Origin: Antedon mediterranea
Lineage: Eukaryota; Animalia; Echinodermata
DNA length: 64,000 nucleotides
Direction of reading: 5' to 3'
Assembly: GCF_964355755.1 (NCBI RefSeq)
Contig: NC_092675.1
Coordinates: forward strand, 4,335,812-4,399,811
This document shows, one piece after another, positions 30,168 through 50,700 of the stretch. The first letter of the stretch is position 1; each line of letters begins with the position of its first letter. The notes under the pieces were generated by a model. It was not told where the DNA came from. It worked only from the letters and a program-made list of their open reading frames with translations, and did not search any database. The position numbers and the translations under genes are program-made.

Positions 30168-39168
<9,001 letters not shown>

Positions 39169-39286
39169 GGCCTCTACATGGACCTAATCAGATTACACAT
39201 TGTTAACAATAAGAAACATTCATTTTTCATATATAGTGGAGCTGATGGTTATGTGCTTGGGGGTGGAACTGACACTTATTTTTGTT

Positions 39287-39436
39287 AAGCTCTGTCAACT
39301 CAACACTATCAAACTTTATGTGACAAAAAAATGTGATGTGCCCATATGGACATGATGATGTCATATCACTACCATATTTATGCATATATCACTATTATAT
39401 TTGGGCACATCACACTTTTTTTGTCAAACTAGTTTA
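39287..39436. mobile_element. Harbinger-like MITE, decayed ends
   Basis: Family internal sequence tgtgatgtgcccatatggacatgatgatgtcatatcactaccatat. Confidence 0.65.
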
Positions 39437-39772
39437 ATATGCACACGACAAGATTGTTAGTCCAGAGTGAATTTTAGTTGTAGTTTTTCACAAATGAAGA
39501 GCTAGCTTTGTTTGCCCAAAGTGGGTTTTATAAGACATAACCGGACAAATTCAATAATTTTAACATACTCAGACATTGAAAGGACAGTGACCCTTTAACA
39601 CCTTAAATGATAATGAAAGCTTAACTTAAACAAAACGTAAGTAAAAAATATTGAGCATTTCACTCTATTATAATAGACTACACCTGTAGACTATAACATA
39701 CTCTTTTGATTTCCTTTGATTTCATAGATCTTTATTTATCATTAAGCCCTGTCTACACTATCAAACTAGTTT

Positions 39773-39947
39773 CAGGGAATAATTTCGCCAGTGTAGCATA
39801 GCAAAAAGCTATACAAAACCACCTTTTTGCTACACATTTCTGAAATTGTGTAGCAAAAAATACAATACAAAACTATGTTTCTTGACTAAAAAATCAGTTT
39901 GATTAGCAATTTTGGTAAACAAAATTTTCAAATGAAATTTTTCCCTG
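39773..39947. mobile_element. 175-bp element with CAGGG TIRs and 5-bp TSD (agttt), nested in a Harbinger-like MITE (~39743-40079)
   Basis: aaact-agttt-CAGGGAATAATTTC ... GAAATTTTTCCCTG-agttt-gacaaaa; uninterrupted family copies read aaactagtttgacaaaa. Confidence 0.8.
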
Positions 39948-40433
39948 AGTTTGACAAAAAAAAGTGTGATCTGCCTAAATATGGTAGTAATATACCCAAA
40001 TATAGTAGTGATATGACATCATCATGTCCATATATGGGCACATAACATTTTTTTGTCACATAAAGTGACTGAGCTTTACATAGCACTACAGTAGATGGAA
40101 TCAATGATAAATCAATGACATCTCCAAGCAAAAATTATTGCCCAATAAAAAGACAACCTAATACTAAATGTCAAATATAATTCTTAAATCATCTAAAAAT
40201 AATGCAATTGCAACTGATTAATTGACCAATGAGACTTATACAAATGAGACAGTACTGTACAATTTATGCTACAATTATATGATTATATGATATTTACTGT
40301 ATTAGAAAAACCTATTTTCATTACTTCATTTCAAATAATACCAAATAATACCACCATACAATTCAAGTTACAGTTTTATTAAATTAATTAATCATTCATA
40401 GTAATTAATATACTGTACAAATTAAAAAGTCAA

Positions 40434-40660
40434 ATGGCCGAGCGGTTAAGGCAGGGGCGCTGTTTACCGTACCTAAAGAGCCAACAACATCGGCAAGGGT
40501 TCAAGGCCTCGCTCCTAGTTCTGGCGGTGGAACAAGTCTTCTCGGATAAGGATTATAAACCGTAGGTCCAGTGTACACAGTTATAACCTGTGTGAACTTT
40601 AAAGAACCCAGATCATTATTCGAGAAGAGTAGGGGGTTACCCCGGTAAACTGGTTTACAT
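40434..40660 (+). mobile_element. SINE family A-related, divergent subfamily
   Basis: tggccgagcggttaag...tcttctcggataaggattataaaccgtaggtcc...taaagaaccc...ttcgagaagagtagggggttaccccgg. Confidence 0.75.
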
Positions 40661-41640
40661 AATAGCCCTGTATCAGGAGGATTACCACCTATCTCATAGG
40701 ACAGTGATTAATTTACTATTGGTAATTCTTAGCCACATAGCCTAAAGACATAAAATAAATAAAAAATAATGACTGTTTAGTGCCATGGTACAAATAATTT
40801 CATGAAGTAAAAGATGGGAAATTCTATGAGAATAGAATGTCATATTTCACCAAATAAAATTATTTGTACCATCGCACAAATATAAAAATATTGTTGCCAT
40901 TGATCTGATCTTGTTGATGTGAAGGAGATCGGATCGTACACGCCGTCGACTCCGTTAACAGAACAGAGGGTGCTGCTACAGTATTAGATTTCATGCAGAT
41001 TTTTTTTTCTTTACATGAAAAAAGGTAATATTTCATGATCTTTAAATAATACATACTATTCTACGCCATGTAACCCACAAATCGTCCAATTTATATAGAT
41101 ACAGTCTAACTATAAGCCTTATCATCATAATCATATGATAAGACTTGAAAAATACCTTGAGTAATTGGCAAGTCTTGTTGATTGAATGGTTTGAAAATAA
41201 AATTAAAAAACAAAACAATGGAAGCTCAAAACAAAAGGCAAGCTAGACTAGGCCTAGCTAGTTTAGGCTAGTTAGCTAGCTAGCTAGGCCTTACCCTACA
41301 TATTATACTGCTAGCTAGGCCTAGCCTAGCTAGAGTTCTAGCCTACTAGGCGTAGTCTACTACTTAGTACTACTTTAGCTCTATCAATTAGTAGGTCTAC
41401 TAGGCCTTTACGATCAAGGCAATCGATCTGCACCACCACCGGCTGAAGAACTCGGATACTAGGCCTAGTATTGGCCCCTAGGGCCTACTCTCAGTCTGGG
41501 TCTCACTGTGTGCTGAGCAGCCTGCCTCCCGTGCAGCAAGCCTAATCATTTCTGCTGTCAGATTAAGATCACACGCCGCTCACTCGGGCTGCAACTGTTC
41601 AACACTTTCAAGAGTATTTAAAGATTAAGGCCAAACCTAC

Positions 41641-41805
41641 CTTCAAAATAAACACGTTCGGATGTTTCAAATCAAAATAGTTATGTGGTAAAACAATTTT
41701 TACAAGGTGACAATAATAAACTATAGTAAAAATCGGGTGTTTTCATGTCCACCCCGGAAACTTTATTTATTCGCACTTGAACTTCCGCTCTAAAATGGCG
41801 ACGAA
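41641..41805 (-). promoter_or_regulatory. Putative non-coding first exon and promoter of PTEN paralog B
   Basis: Donor gaag|gtaggt at 41641/41640 fits the acceptor ttag|G at 39183; ETS-like acttccg and YY1-like aaaatggcg at ~41780-41800; locally CpG-richer. Inferred, no transcript data. Confidence 0.45.
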
Positions 41806-43280
41806 AATCATTCTAAAAATTGAATAAAAAAGTTCATAGCAAAGCTTCAAAAGCAATGATGAGAATGGTTTCAAATATGAAATTAATTAGTTGTTTTGAT
41901 ATTAAACTAACTAAAGTTCCATAGTCAGTTACTTACTACAGACAAATAAAGTAAACAAATTATTATCCTTTACGGAGCTAACCCCCACGTGAAAAATAGA
42001 CTAAACCAAAGATTGACTTTTCATGTTTTGACGTCACACATTATATCGATATTCAATTCTTTTATAAAATTATACTAATTTATTCATTTTTTTAACAATT
42101 ATTATATCATACTTAGTACCTAATATGATAGTATTTACTGTATAATGTAACATGTAATTTGATATGAGGAAATACAATAAAATAAAATAAATATCAATAA
42201 TCAAATCATGAATTTTCTGCACTTCTCTCGGTTGGAGCGGCTTTCCCTCCCATAATTAATATAATAAATACAACTTCACAATTTATATAGGCTAATCGCC
42301 GTTCCGCAACCTATGGGTCGCGAAAAAAAATTGGATGGGTCGCGAAATTGTTTCCGATACTGAAACTTTTATCAATTAGGCCTATACAATCTATGTGAAA
42401 TGTTCTCAGTTTTATTTTCAGATTACATTCTAAATCATTACATTTCCTTATGTTGACGTGCGGCGAGTCGGTAGCGTACACACATTTGGGAATCGACGAC
42501 GGGGTAGTTCGTTGTTAATATAGTGGGGAATCCCACTTTAGGACGTGGAATAACCTACCAACTGGTTCTACGACGCTATTTTTCTGTAGTTGCAAAGTAG
42601 TAGTGTGTAACTTGACTGAACTTCTGCGAACTTTGATGTACCGGCGGTGGGAACTTTTACGTAATAATAGTCTGTTCTTATATAGCGCATATTATAAGCA
42701 AGCTCTCGATGCGTAACAATGAACATTAGATAGAAAGAACAATATAAACAGGTCTATTCATCCCAAATTCATAGCGATGTTGTTCAGGCCTTTTTTATGG
42801 CTGTGAGCCCTTGACGTTAGCATTGAACGCAAATGTGTTTACCGGCGGAAAAAGTAGCTGGCTACGATTACTATAACGATAGTGATTATGTATGCATCAT
42901 GACTATGTATTAATATGACGGTAAAAATCGCAAAGATAGCTTACCCAGCCTATTTCCTAAATTAACTTAACTGTCTCAATAATGTTCAAAATAAAATAAA
43001 AACAATATTTTTTTCATTCAAAAAAAAAATTAAAAAATCCGCAGAGTTAAGAAAACAAGCTAGCGATTAGAGTATTCGTACATGCTGAGCATTACACGTT
43101 ACGCCATAAAGTATACATGACTGAGCAGCTGACAATAGTCTATACGTACTTCATATTATTACGTAATTCATCGTTACGTCATAAATATATTTATGACCGT
43201 CAAAGCAGGGAGTTGTAAAAATATTTTACAACTCCCTGGTCAAAGCTGGTATACTATTAACCTGTTTGTATCATCCAAGA

Positions 43281-43500
43281 TGACCGGTTGACTCCAGTCA
43301 GCTGAGCACCGTGTTAACAACACGGATGTCATGGGTTCAAACCCTATCTGGTCGTGTGGTGGAAAAGAGTTAAACTTTTTTCGAGGTACTGACGTGTTTG
43401 TGGTTCAGAGAATAATACGTCCCCGTTCCACCACACAGGCAACGACACGTTGTCTCTGCCACAGCATTGAGATCGTTTCCACGACATTACCAGATGTAGG
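43281..43500 (+). mobile_element. tRNA-derived SINE, family B
   Basis: tgaccggttgactc...gggttcaaaccc head; body similar to the reverse complement of 23500-23740. Confidence 0.55.
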
Positions 43501-46500
43501 GATCGCAATATGACATAGTATTACTGGGTCACTTTAAAAAAAAACACTGAACCAAAAGTTAAAACTTTTGGTTCAGTGTTTTTTTTTATGTGGATTCGTA
43601 AATTTTATGCTTAGCGCCCTCAATTTTAAAAACACAAATACATGTCAGCAATTAGGAACAAAAATGTAGAACATTGTAAAGATGATGCCGATGTTTCTGT
43701 AAGATCAAATACGAAATGTTGGGTCGTGAAAATTCCCAAAATAGGATCATGAGGTCGCGGTCAAAAAAGGTTATAATAAATTAAAGTTTGTCTGTTCCTA
43801 TAAATATATTTTAGTTGATTGTTGCGGAAAAGGTAGTTTTATTTTATGTGGAGATGGTATTTAAAAAATAACCAAAAAGATAAACTTTATTGAACAAACG
43901 TTTTTGCGGCACCGTTCATATTACAAGTAACTAAAAAGAAAAAGAAAACCTGGAAGCTCTCTGAGCTTATTTGAGTTTTTCCAGATACAAGGCATTAACT
44001 ATTAATTTAATTCATATTTTGTTAACATATTTTGAATTTTGCTTTGTGTAAATAAATGAATGAATAATATAATCTTAGCGTTTTATAAACACATTTTAGA
44101 GAAAAAAACTATTTTGTGTTGCTTTTTTCTGATATTTGTAACGGTGTTACAATTTTAATGCAACGTGAACCTAAACCAGAGGCGGAATCAGAAACGAACC
44201 TTCATGTATGGTCTGTACTCTGTACTTACTTTTAGGCCACAATGATAACTTTTGCACACAAAAAAAAAACTCCTGGAGTTGGCATAAAATTCTAACTTTC
44301 GATAAAGCAAAAAGAGACAAACTTTGTAGATTTTGTAACTTATAACTGTTCATTATTATGCATGCATTTTAAATCATGGAGCATTTGTAAGAACATTATT
44401 TTTAATTAAAATGTCATCCATGTAAAATAAGTTTATAAATAAATAAATAAAAGAAACTTTTGAAAACTTCATACAACAATTGTAAAAGTAATTTTTGTTA
44501 TTTTATTTTTGAAAAGTTCCATTCATCTTTCTTTTCATATTTATTTGTGAATTATGTATAGAGGGCGCATGTCAATAATCCTGCTCAAGCCATATATTAT
44601 TATATGGCTCTGATCCTGCTGTGTGATGAATTGGGGTGGAATCAACTGTTCTTATTAAGTTTCTGGGTATTCTTTGTATATTAGTGAATTAATAATCTAT
44701 AAAACCATACAATACAAAACTAAAGAAATGTATACAATATATACAAATATACTAAATGGTTTTAAAATTGCATTATTGCTCATGAATGATATTGATATAT
44801 TCAAAGTATAGCTCAACCTTTCAGCCATAACTTCAATAAAAGTGGTGTACTGTACAAAATCAACCCACTTTATATTTCAGAAAATTTTAAACACCAACAA
44901 AACCTTGAAAATCTAAAAACAACAGTCTCTTGCATCTTCAATGGTGTCATTTTATTCCGAACGGAAATTCTGAAATGAAGTTTGGAGGCTATTATTCTGG
45001 TCATAATCCATACGCCACATTTACCGGTAATGACTTTTTAAACAAACAACGTAGTAAATATTTTGTGTAACGTAAATATAGTTTGAAATTAACGATTGAA
45101 GTCCTAAAAGTCCTAACTAAACTATATAGTACTGTACATATTCCGGGGTAGGCGTTACTCCAGGCTGAAGTGACCACATGACCCAAAATTCCAATAAACA
45201 AAAGTTCTAAATAGTCGCCGACAAAACGTAGGCTACTCACTAATCAATTAAGCAATTCTTTATCTGTACACACCATTCGCAAAAAAATATTTACCGTAGG
45301 AGAAGGATTGTTTTGGAAATTATAAATTGACAACAGCCAAAACGAAATATGTGTTTATATTGAACATGTCTTACAGACTGTATAGTACGTCTCATAGACT
45401 GTCTTCTCCCAGACGTGCTTTGGGGTTTGCGCATGCCCAGTCTAAGTTTCTAAATACACATTTTGTTCAGCCGTTATTAAATACAGTTTCCTAATGTTTC
45501 CGTCCTCTTGAATATAATTTGTTTAGTTTAGTTTAGATGGGCAAGTTTGGGCGGTGTGTGCCTTTTTAACCCCGTCTACAACCATGGAGTAAAGAATATT
45601 CTTTACTCCATGCTACATACAACGAATCCAATAGGTTTTTAAACACGTGTTGGTGGTTTCAGAAATCAGGCTTGGTCGTCGGTTGGCAAACTATTGCAAT
45701 ATGTAATTACTAACAAATTAAAGAAGTGGAGAGTTATTTTCATTTTGTCCTGTTTGTATGTCAATGGCGGTTAATCGCTTAATTACAATAGGCTTATAAT
45801 CAAGATGATGCAAAGTTATAGATAACAAGAATATTTCTTACAAAAAACGCTGCTCGCTTATTGTTATTGCTAAGGTCAAGTCTGGGGGTCACTTCATCAC
45901 GCCTAGATACTTCAAGTATCCTATTACAAACAAAAATTTCAATGGACTGTTTTGATAATAATTCAATGATTATCTGACAGCGAATTATATCATGGGACTC
46001 ATAAATACCAGAATGCTTTGGGATTTGTCGTTAGACTCTTTTCTCAGCCGTTTTTGGATTCAACAGGTGGTACCAATAAATTATAGTGGAGTTTCCATTT
46101 TAACAAAAATGTCAAAGTGTAGTACTATAAAGCTGCTTGATTTCATCTAATGAATGAGTCATCTCGTGTGACGTAGCGGGCTAGAGCAGCAGCGTGAAAA
46201 TGTGCTGGAGGTTTTTCTAGAAAATAGAGGGCGACCTATAGGATTGAATATATTTGTGTCGGATTTCTCTTCATGGTTTGCAAAAATGCGCTGTAACCTC
46301 TTGGTTTTCAATAGCTAGTGCGCATTGAATGCATGTGCGACGCATTTTTCCACTGAACGAAGAGAGATATCTTCCAAGGTTTTAACACCTTTACCCCTAT
46401 AGATATTGCTTATTTTCTGATGAAAATTTGAATCTGTGTAGCTTATAGAGGTAGAATTTTCTGTGGAAAGGTAGGACATTGTTGAGAGTTGTGTGTACGT

Positions 46501-46539
46501 GACGTAAGGTGTTTTAATATCCGATATAGGAATGTAATC

Positions 46540-46742
46540 AATGCTTTTTCTCCCGCGTTTGCCCCATTTCACTTCCTATTTCATTTGAACGACGGTAAAC
46601 GATCGTCATGCAGTGAGAAAGACATGCTTTTTCCGGCGATGACGAATCTTTTTTGAGCTTAGAGCATTTTTTTTCTTTGTCCTAATAACAAATATATATA
46701 AAACGTACTTCATATAATCTGCACTTATAAAACATTTTACGG
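46540..46742 (+). promoter_or_regulatory. Putative promoter and non-coding first exon of G3BP
   Basis: CpG-richer patch with cacttcc and ttccggcg motifs and a donor-like gg|gtaggt at ~46742; the ATG exon is preceded by a splice acceptor. Inferred. Confidence 0.35.
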
Positions 46743-47752
46743 GTAGGTATTTTCATATTTTGTAACCAAATATTAGTTTTTGTTCACGGGTCACTTATTT
46801 ATATTATGAAAATAAAGTGTTAATTTTTTTTTACTGGCTCGGCCATCAACATTCCCATTCCATTGGAGTGGCTAGAAATTGTCGCCCAACACAAGAAACC
46901 ATCCAAATTAATTAAGATGAAAAGTAGAATGTGAAAATATAAATGCGTTTATTTTCTACATATTTGTATAAGTTCCTTTTAATGTTATTTGATGTTTTCA
47001 TTTTAAGAACAAGGAAATACATTTTATTTATTCAAACACTCTTCAGTGTTGGGAAATCCATTAATCAAATCAATGAATGTGGAATAATGCAATTAAAAAT
47101 ATTAAATATGACATCCAGATACTAGGCCTAAAATGAATTTATCTTATTATTTTTATTAGTTAGGCCAAGCTGATGAGAATACATTTTGATTCTCATCAGC
47201 ACCAACATGTTAGATTAGAATAGGTATTTTATTGCCAGGTTTAAATTTTAATAACTAATAATAATATCGCATTCAAAAACATGTCGCATCAACTCAAAGG
47301 TCAACAAGTCTTCAAGATTTTGTTTTGGTCTACAGTACAGCAAGTTTCATTTTGTGAAATTTATGAATATAATGTAGAATGAAAGTATCCCCATTGATTT
47401 TTATTGTCATTCGCTGTCAAAACATAGAAAAAAGATGACCTTTTTGATGGTGGTAGGGGAAGGGCCAAATTCACACTGGTGGATGACTGGACCCATGTAA
47501 TCTATTAAAAAAATAATTACAACTATGTAATAATTACTGTATACCGTGCATTCATAATCAACTGTACAATGTAAAATATTGCGGCGCCCAAAAGAGTAAG
47601 CAATTAGAACATGAATTTATGGACACTTAACAGTATAAATTTGTCGGTATGCTGGGATTGGTACTGTAATTCAAATTGCATATTATCAATTTTGATCATT
47701 TTCAATCATTTTTGTGTAATTTTTTTTTTCTAGTCTCCTCCAACAGGCGGTC

Positions 47753-50700
47753 ATGGTTATGGCTGATAATCCCTCTCCTCCACCTCAGTTACACAGTGCG
47801 GAGGTCGTGGGTCGTGAATTTGTTCGACAGTATTATACACTACTCAACGAAGCTCCGTTCTATTTGCATAGGTTAGTATAAAATTGTTTTTTCAATGTCA
47901 CTTCATAATGCTAAAAAACATGAGGGATTGCTACATTCCAGTGTCATGACATAGTGGAGGCAGAAGTAACGTAAAGCTTGTCATCACTATGCGTGATAGT
48001 GTCAGATGTGTTACAATGTCCAGCATGTAATCTCTTGGCACTGATCATCTTCACTCCAAACAATCATCAATAATGTGATCACAACAAAAAAAACATCATA
48101 CAAATTAATAAAAACAAGTCCCTCTCCTTTTTTTTCTTTTAAACACAATACAAAAAGTTGGTTTCAATATAAATTTTAGGAACAAATATTATGTTGGCTC
48201 TATACCACAGATCACATTGTATGAAAATGACTCATTTTGGGAATACCATGGCCAAAAAAATGTTATTACTAACACATTGTGATAGTGATACACATGACTA
48301 ATAGTAGGCCTGTCCAAATCTGTATCCAGATCATCTGTCAAATTGAATAATGTTATCTTATACAAAGAAAATGGATTGTTTTGTGAATCTGCTATTGTCT
48401 TGCACAACAAGCCATAATGGAACTAATTAATTACCTCCTTACTGAAAATCCACAATGAAGTGTTTCTTCCTATACATTTTCAATTGATAGTAATTTACAA
48501 TATAACATCTAGTTCTAATTTGTTATTATTTTCAAGCAGTTAGCTATTTTTAAGACTGAATTTAAAAACTCTATAGTTTAATAGACCATTTTGATTTATA
48601 TCATTACATGATATGAACTCTTTATATAACTGAAATTGTTATGCATGGCTTATGCAAATTGATTATACAAAAGATCATTTCTTGTAATTGACTACACATA
48701 ACTTGTGTTTAAATTGTTATTTTTTATATTATTACAAATTAAAGTTTCATAATGTATGGTATTTGTGCGCTTTGGTTTAAGTGTAATTTTACGGCTGGAA
48801 ATATTACTTTAAATACTAGCATTCAAAATTGTATTGTTCCAGCATCCAATTGTCATGGCTACTTGTCTACTCAGTAGGCGTATAACCAGGGTTCCTCTAT
48901 TCTGTAAATTGCATTGTTTCAGTGTATAACATTTGTAGACTAAGTTTAGATGATTAAAATGTTATCAATAGCCTGTCAGGATATCTGAAATATTGAGTAG
49001 CTTGGCAAGGAATGTTTTTTTTTATTCATTCAGTCCAAATATAACAAGCAATTTCAATACAAAACTAGACATGAAACTCGTCACTTTGACGAGTTAGTTA
49101 TCCGCTCGACAAACGCCACGTGCACGTCATACGTTAGAATATTGCACACAGAAAAATATTAAGGCATTATGACCTGAACTGAAGAATATGATATGTTGTT
49201 ATTTCTGTTATTTTGTGTCATATAGTATACACAGTACAATCTGTATACATATCACAAACAGTGTAAAATAGGTGAAATTACGGGACCGGTATTTTATTGT
49301 AATTTTTAACATCTTGACGGTTTCAAAATGAAATGCAAAAGTAGAAATTTCATAATAAAATTATCTCAGCAACAACATATTAACGTGTAGAAGAAATTTG
49401 AATACGTGAAATATTAATGCGTGCTCTTTTAAATGTAATGAAATATAACGCAAAAGATGAAAATACGACTTTTTTTATTTAACTGGCCATATGATGATGT
49501 CACAACATTCAATTGGCACAATTTTTACATGATTTTGTATCTACAATACAATAGCTTCCTGAAAACGTTTTAATCGTGATTATCACATTTTATTCTTACG
49601 AGCTATAACAGATTAAAATTTACTGTAAAGATGAAATTAATGACCAACGTAATTTAAATTTTTAGGCATGATGACGTTAAAAAAATTTTAAAAATTTTAA
49701 TTCATGCAAAAGTTGATTGACCTAGAATATATTAAAATCGGGGTGAAAATGGACAACGAATAAGTGGAGATGCGCTCTATTAAATGTGATGAGCTATGAC
49801 GAAAGAGACAAAAATCCTATATTTTATATTCGCGTGGCCATACGAGGACGTCACAATGTCCGGTTAGCCATATTGATTAATGATCCGATATCTACAACTC
49901 ATCACCTTCCAGAATATGTAAGTAAAAAAAAAATCTCCACATAGTTTAGAATCTATGATTGTTTAAAAAAAGGCATAATTTTGACGAATTTTTGAATTTT
50001 TTCTTTAAAAACACGCACAAATTGTATAATTCGACGTGCTCGTATGACGTAATTTTAAGTCTAAATTGTTTTAAAATTTGATAAAATTACTATAAAAGGC
50101 TGGAAAGACATAATTCACGCAAAAACAGATGTTTTTAGCGCTACGTGCGGACCACGCGCGTAAAATTGTTCGCGCGCGTGGGAATTTTTGACATGCTCAA
50201 AATGTCATGATCAGCGTAGAAAGTTGATTAGAAATTAATTTTGCGCATTTTAAATTTAAATGCGCGTGCGCGCGTAACTTCGTTTAAAAAATGCCATTTT
50301 TAGTGCACAAAAAGTTAGCGCAAGATATAAATTAAACTTTTGCTAAATTTCAACTTACATAGTTATATGGTTTTCAATCTATGTTGAATACGGGAAATTC
50401 ATAAAATCACGCGTAAGTCACGTTACGCATTTCTGACGTCATTCACAATAGTAGGTGCACAACTTCACGTGAATGCCCATATGTTGACAAAGTTATGAAA
50501 TGTTATGTTTACACATTTTTGATATAAGCGAGACACAAAAATAGAGGAGAAATGCGCGTGCGCGCGTAACGTCTTGTAAAACATGGCATTTTTAATCCAC
50601 AAAAAGTTTGCCCTTGATATGACTTAAATTTTCAGAAAGTGTCAAAATAAAATTATGCTTGGTTTTTAGCCTATGATCAATCATAAAAAATCATAAAATC

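Noticed and set aside
43281-43352. Possible tRNA genes here and at ~23680-23740 and ~62296-62362
   Set aside because: A/B boxes are present but there is no clean cloverleaf, and they continue into repeat bodies; treated as SINE heads or a captured cassette.
42297-43775. Possible decayed hAT-Charlie-like element (caacct...gggtcgcg ... ggtcgcg...aaaaaggtt)
   Set aside because: The termini and TSD are too degraded to define.
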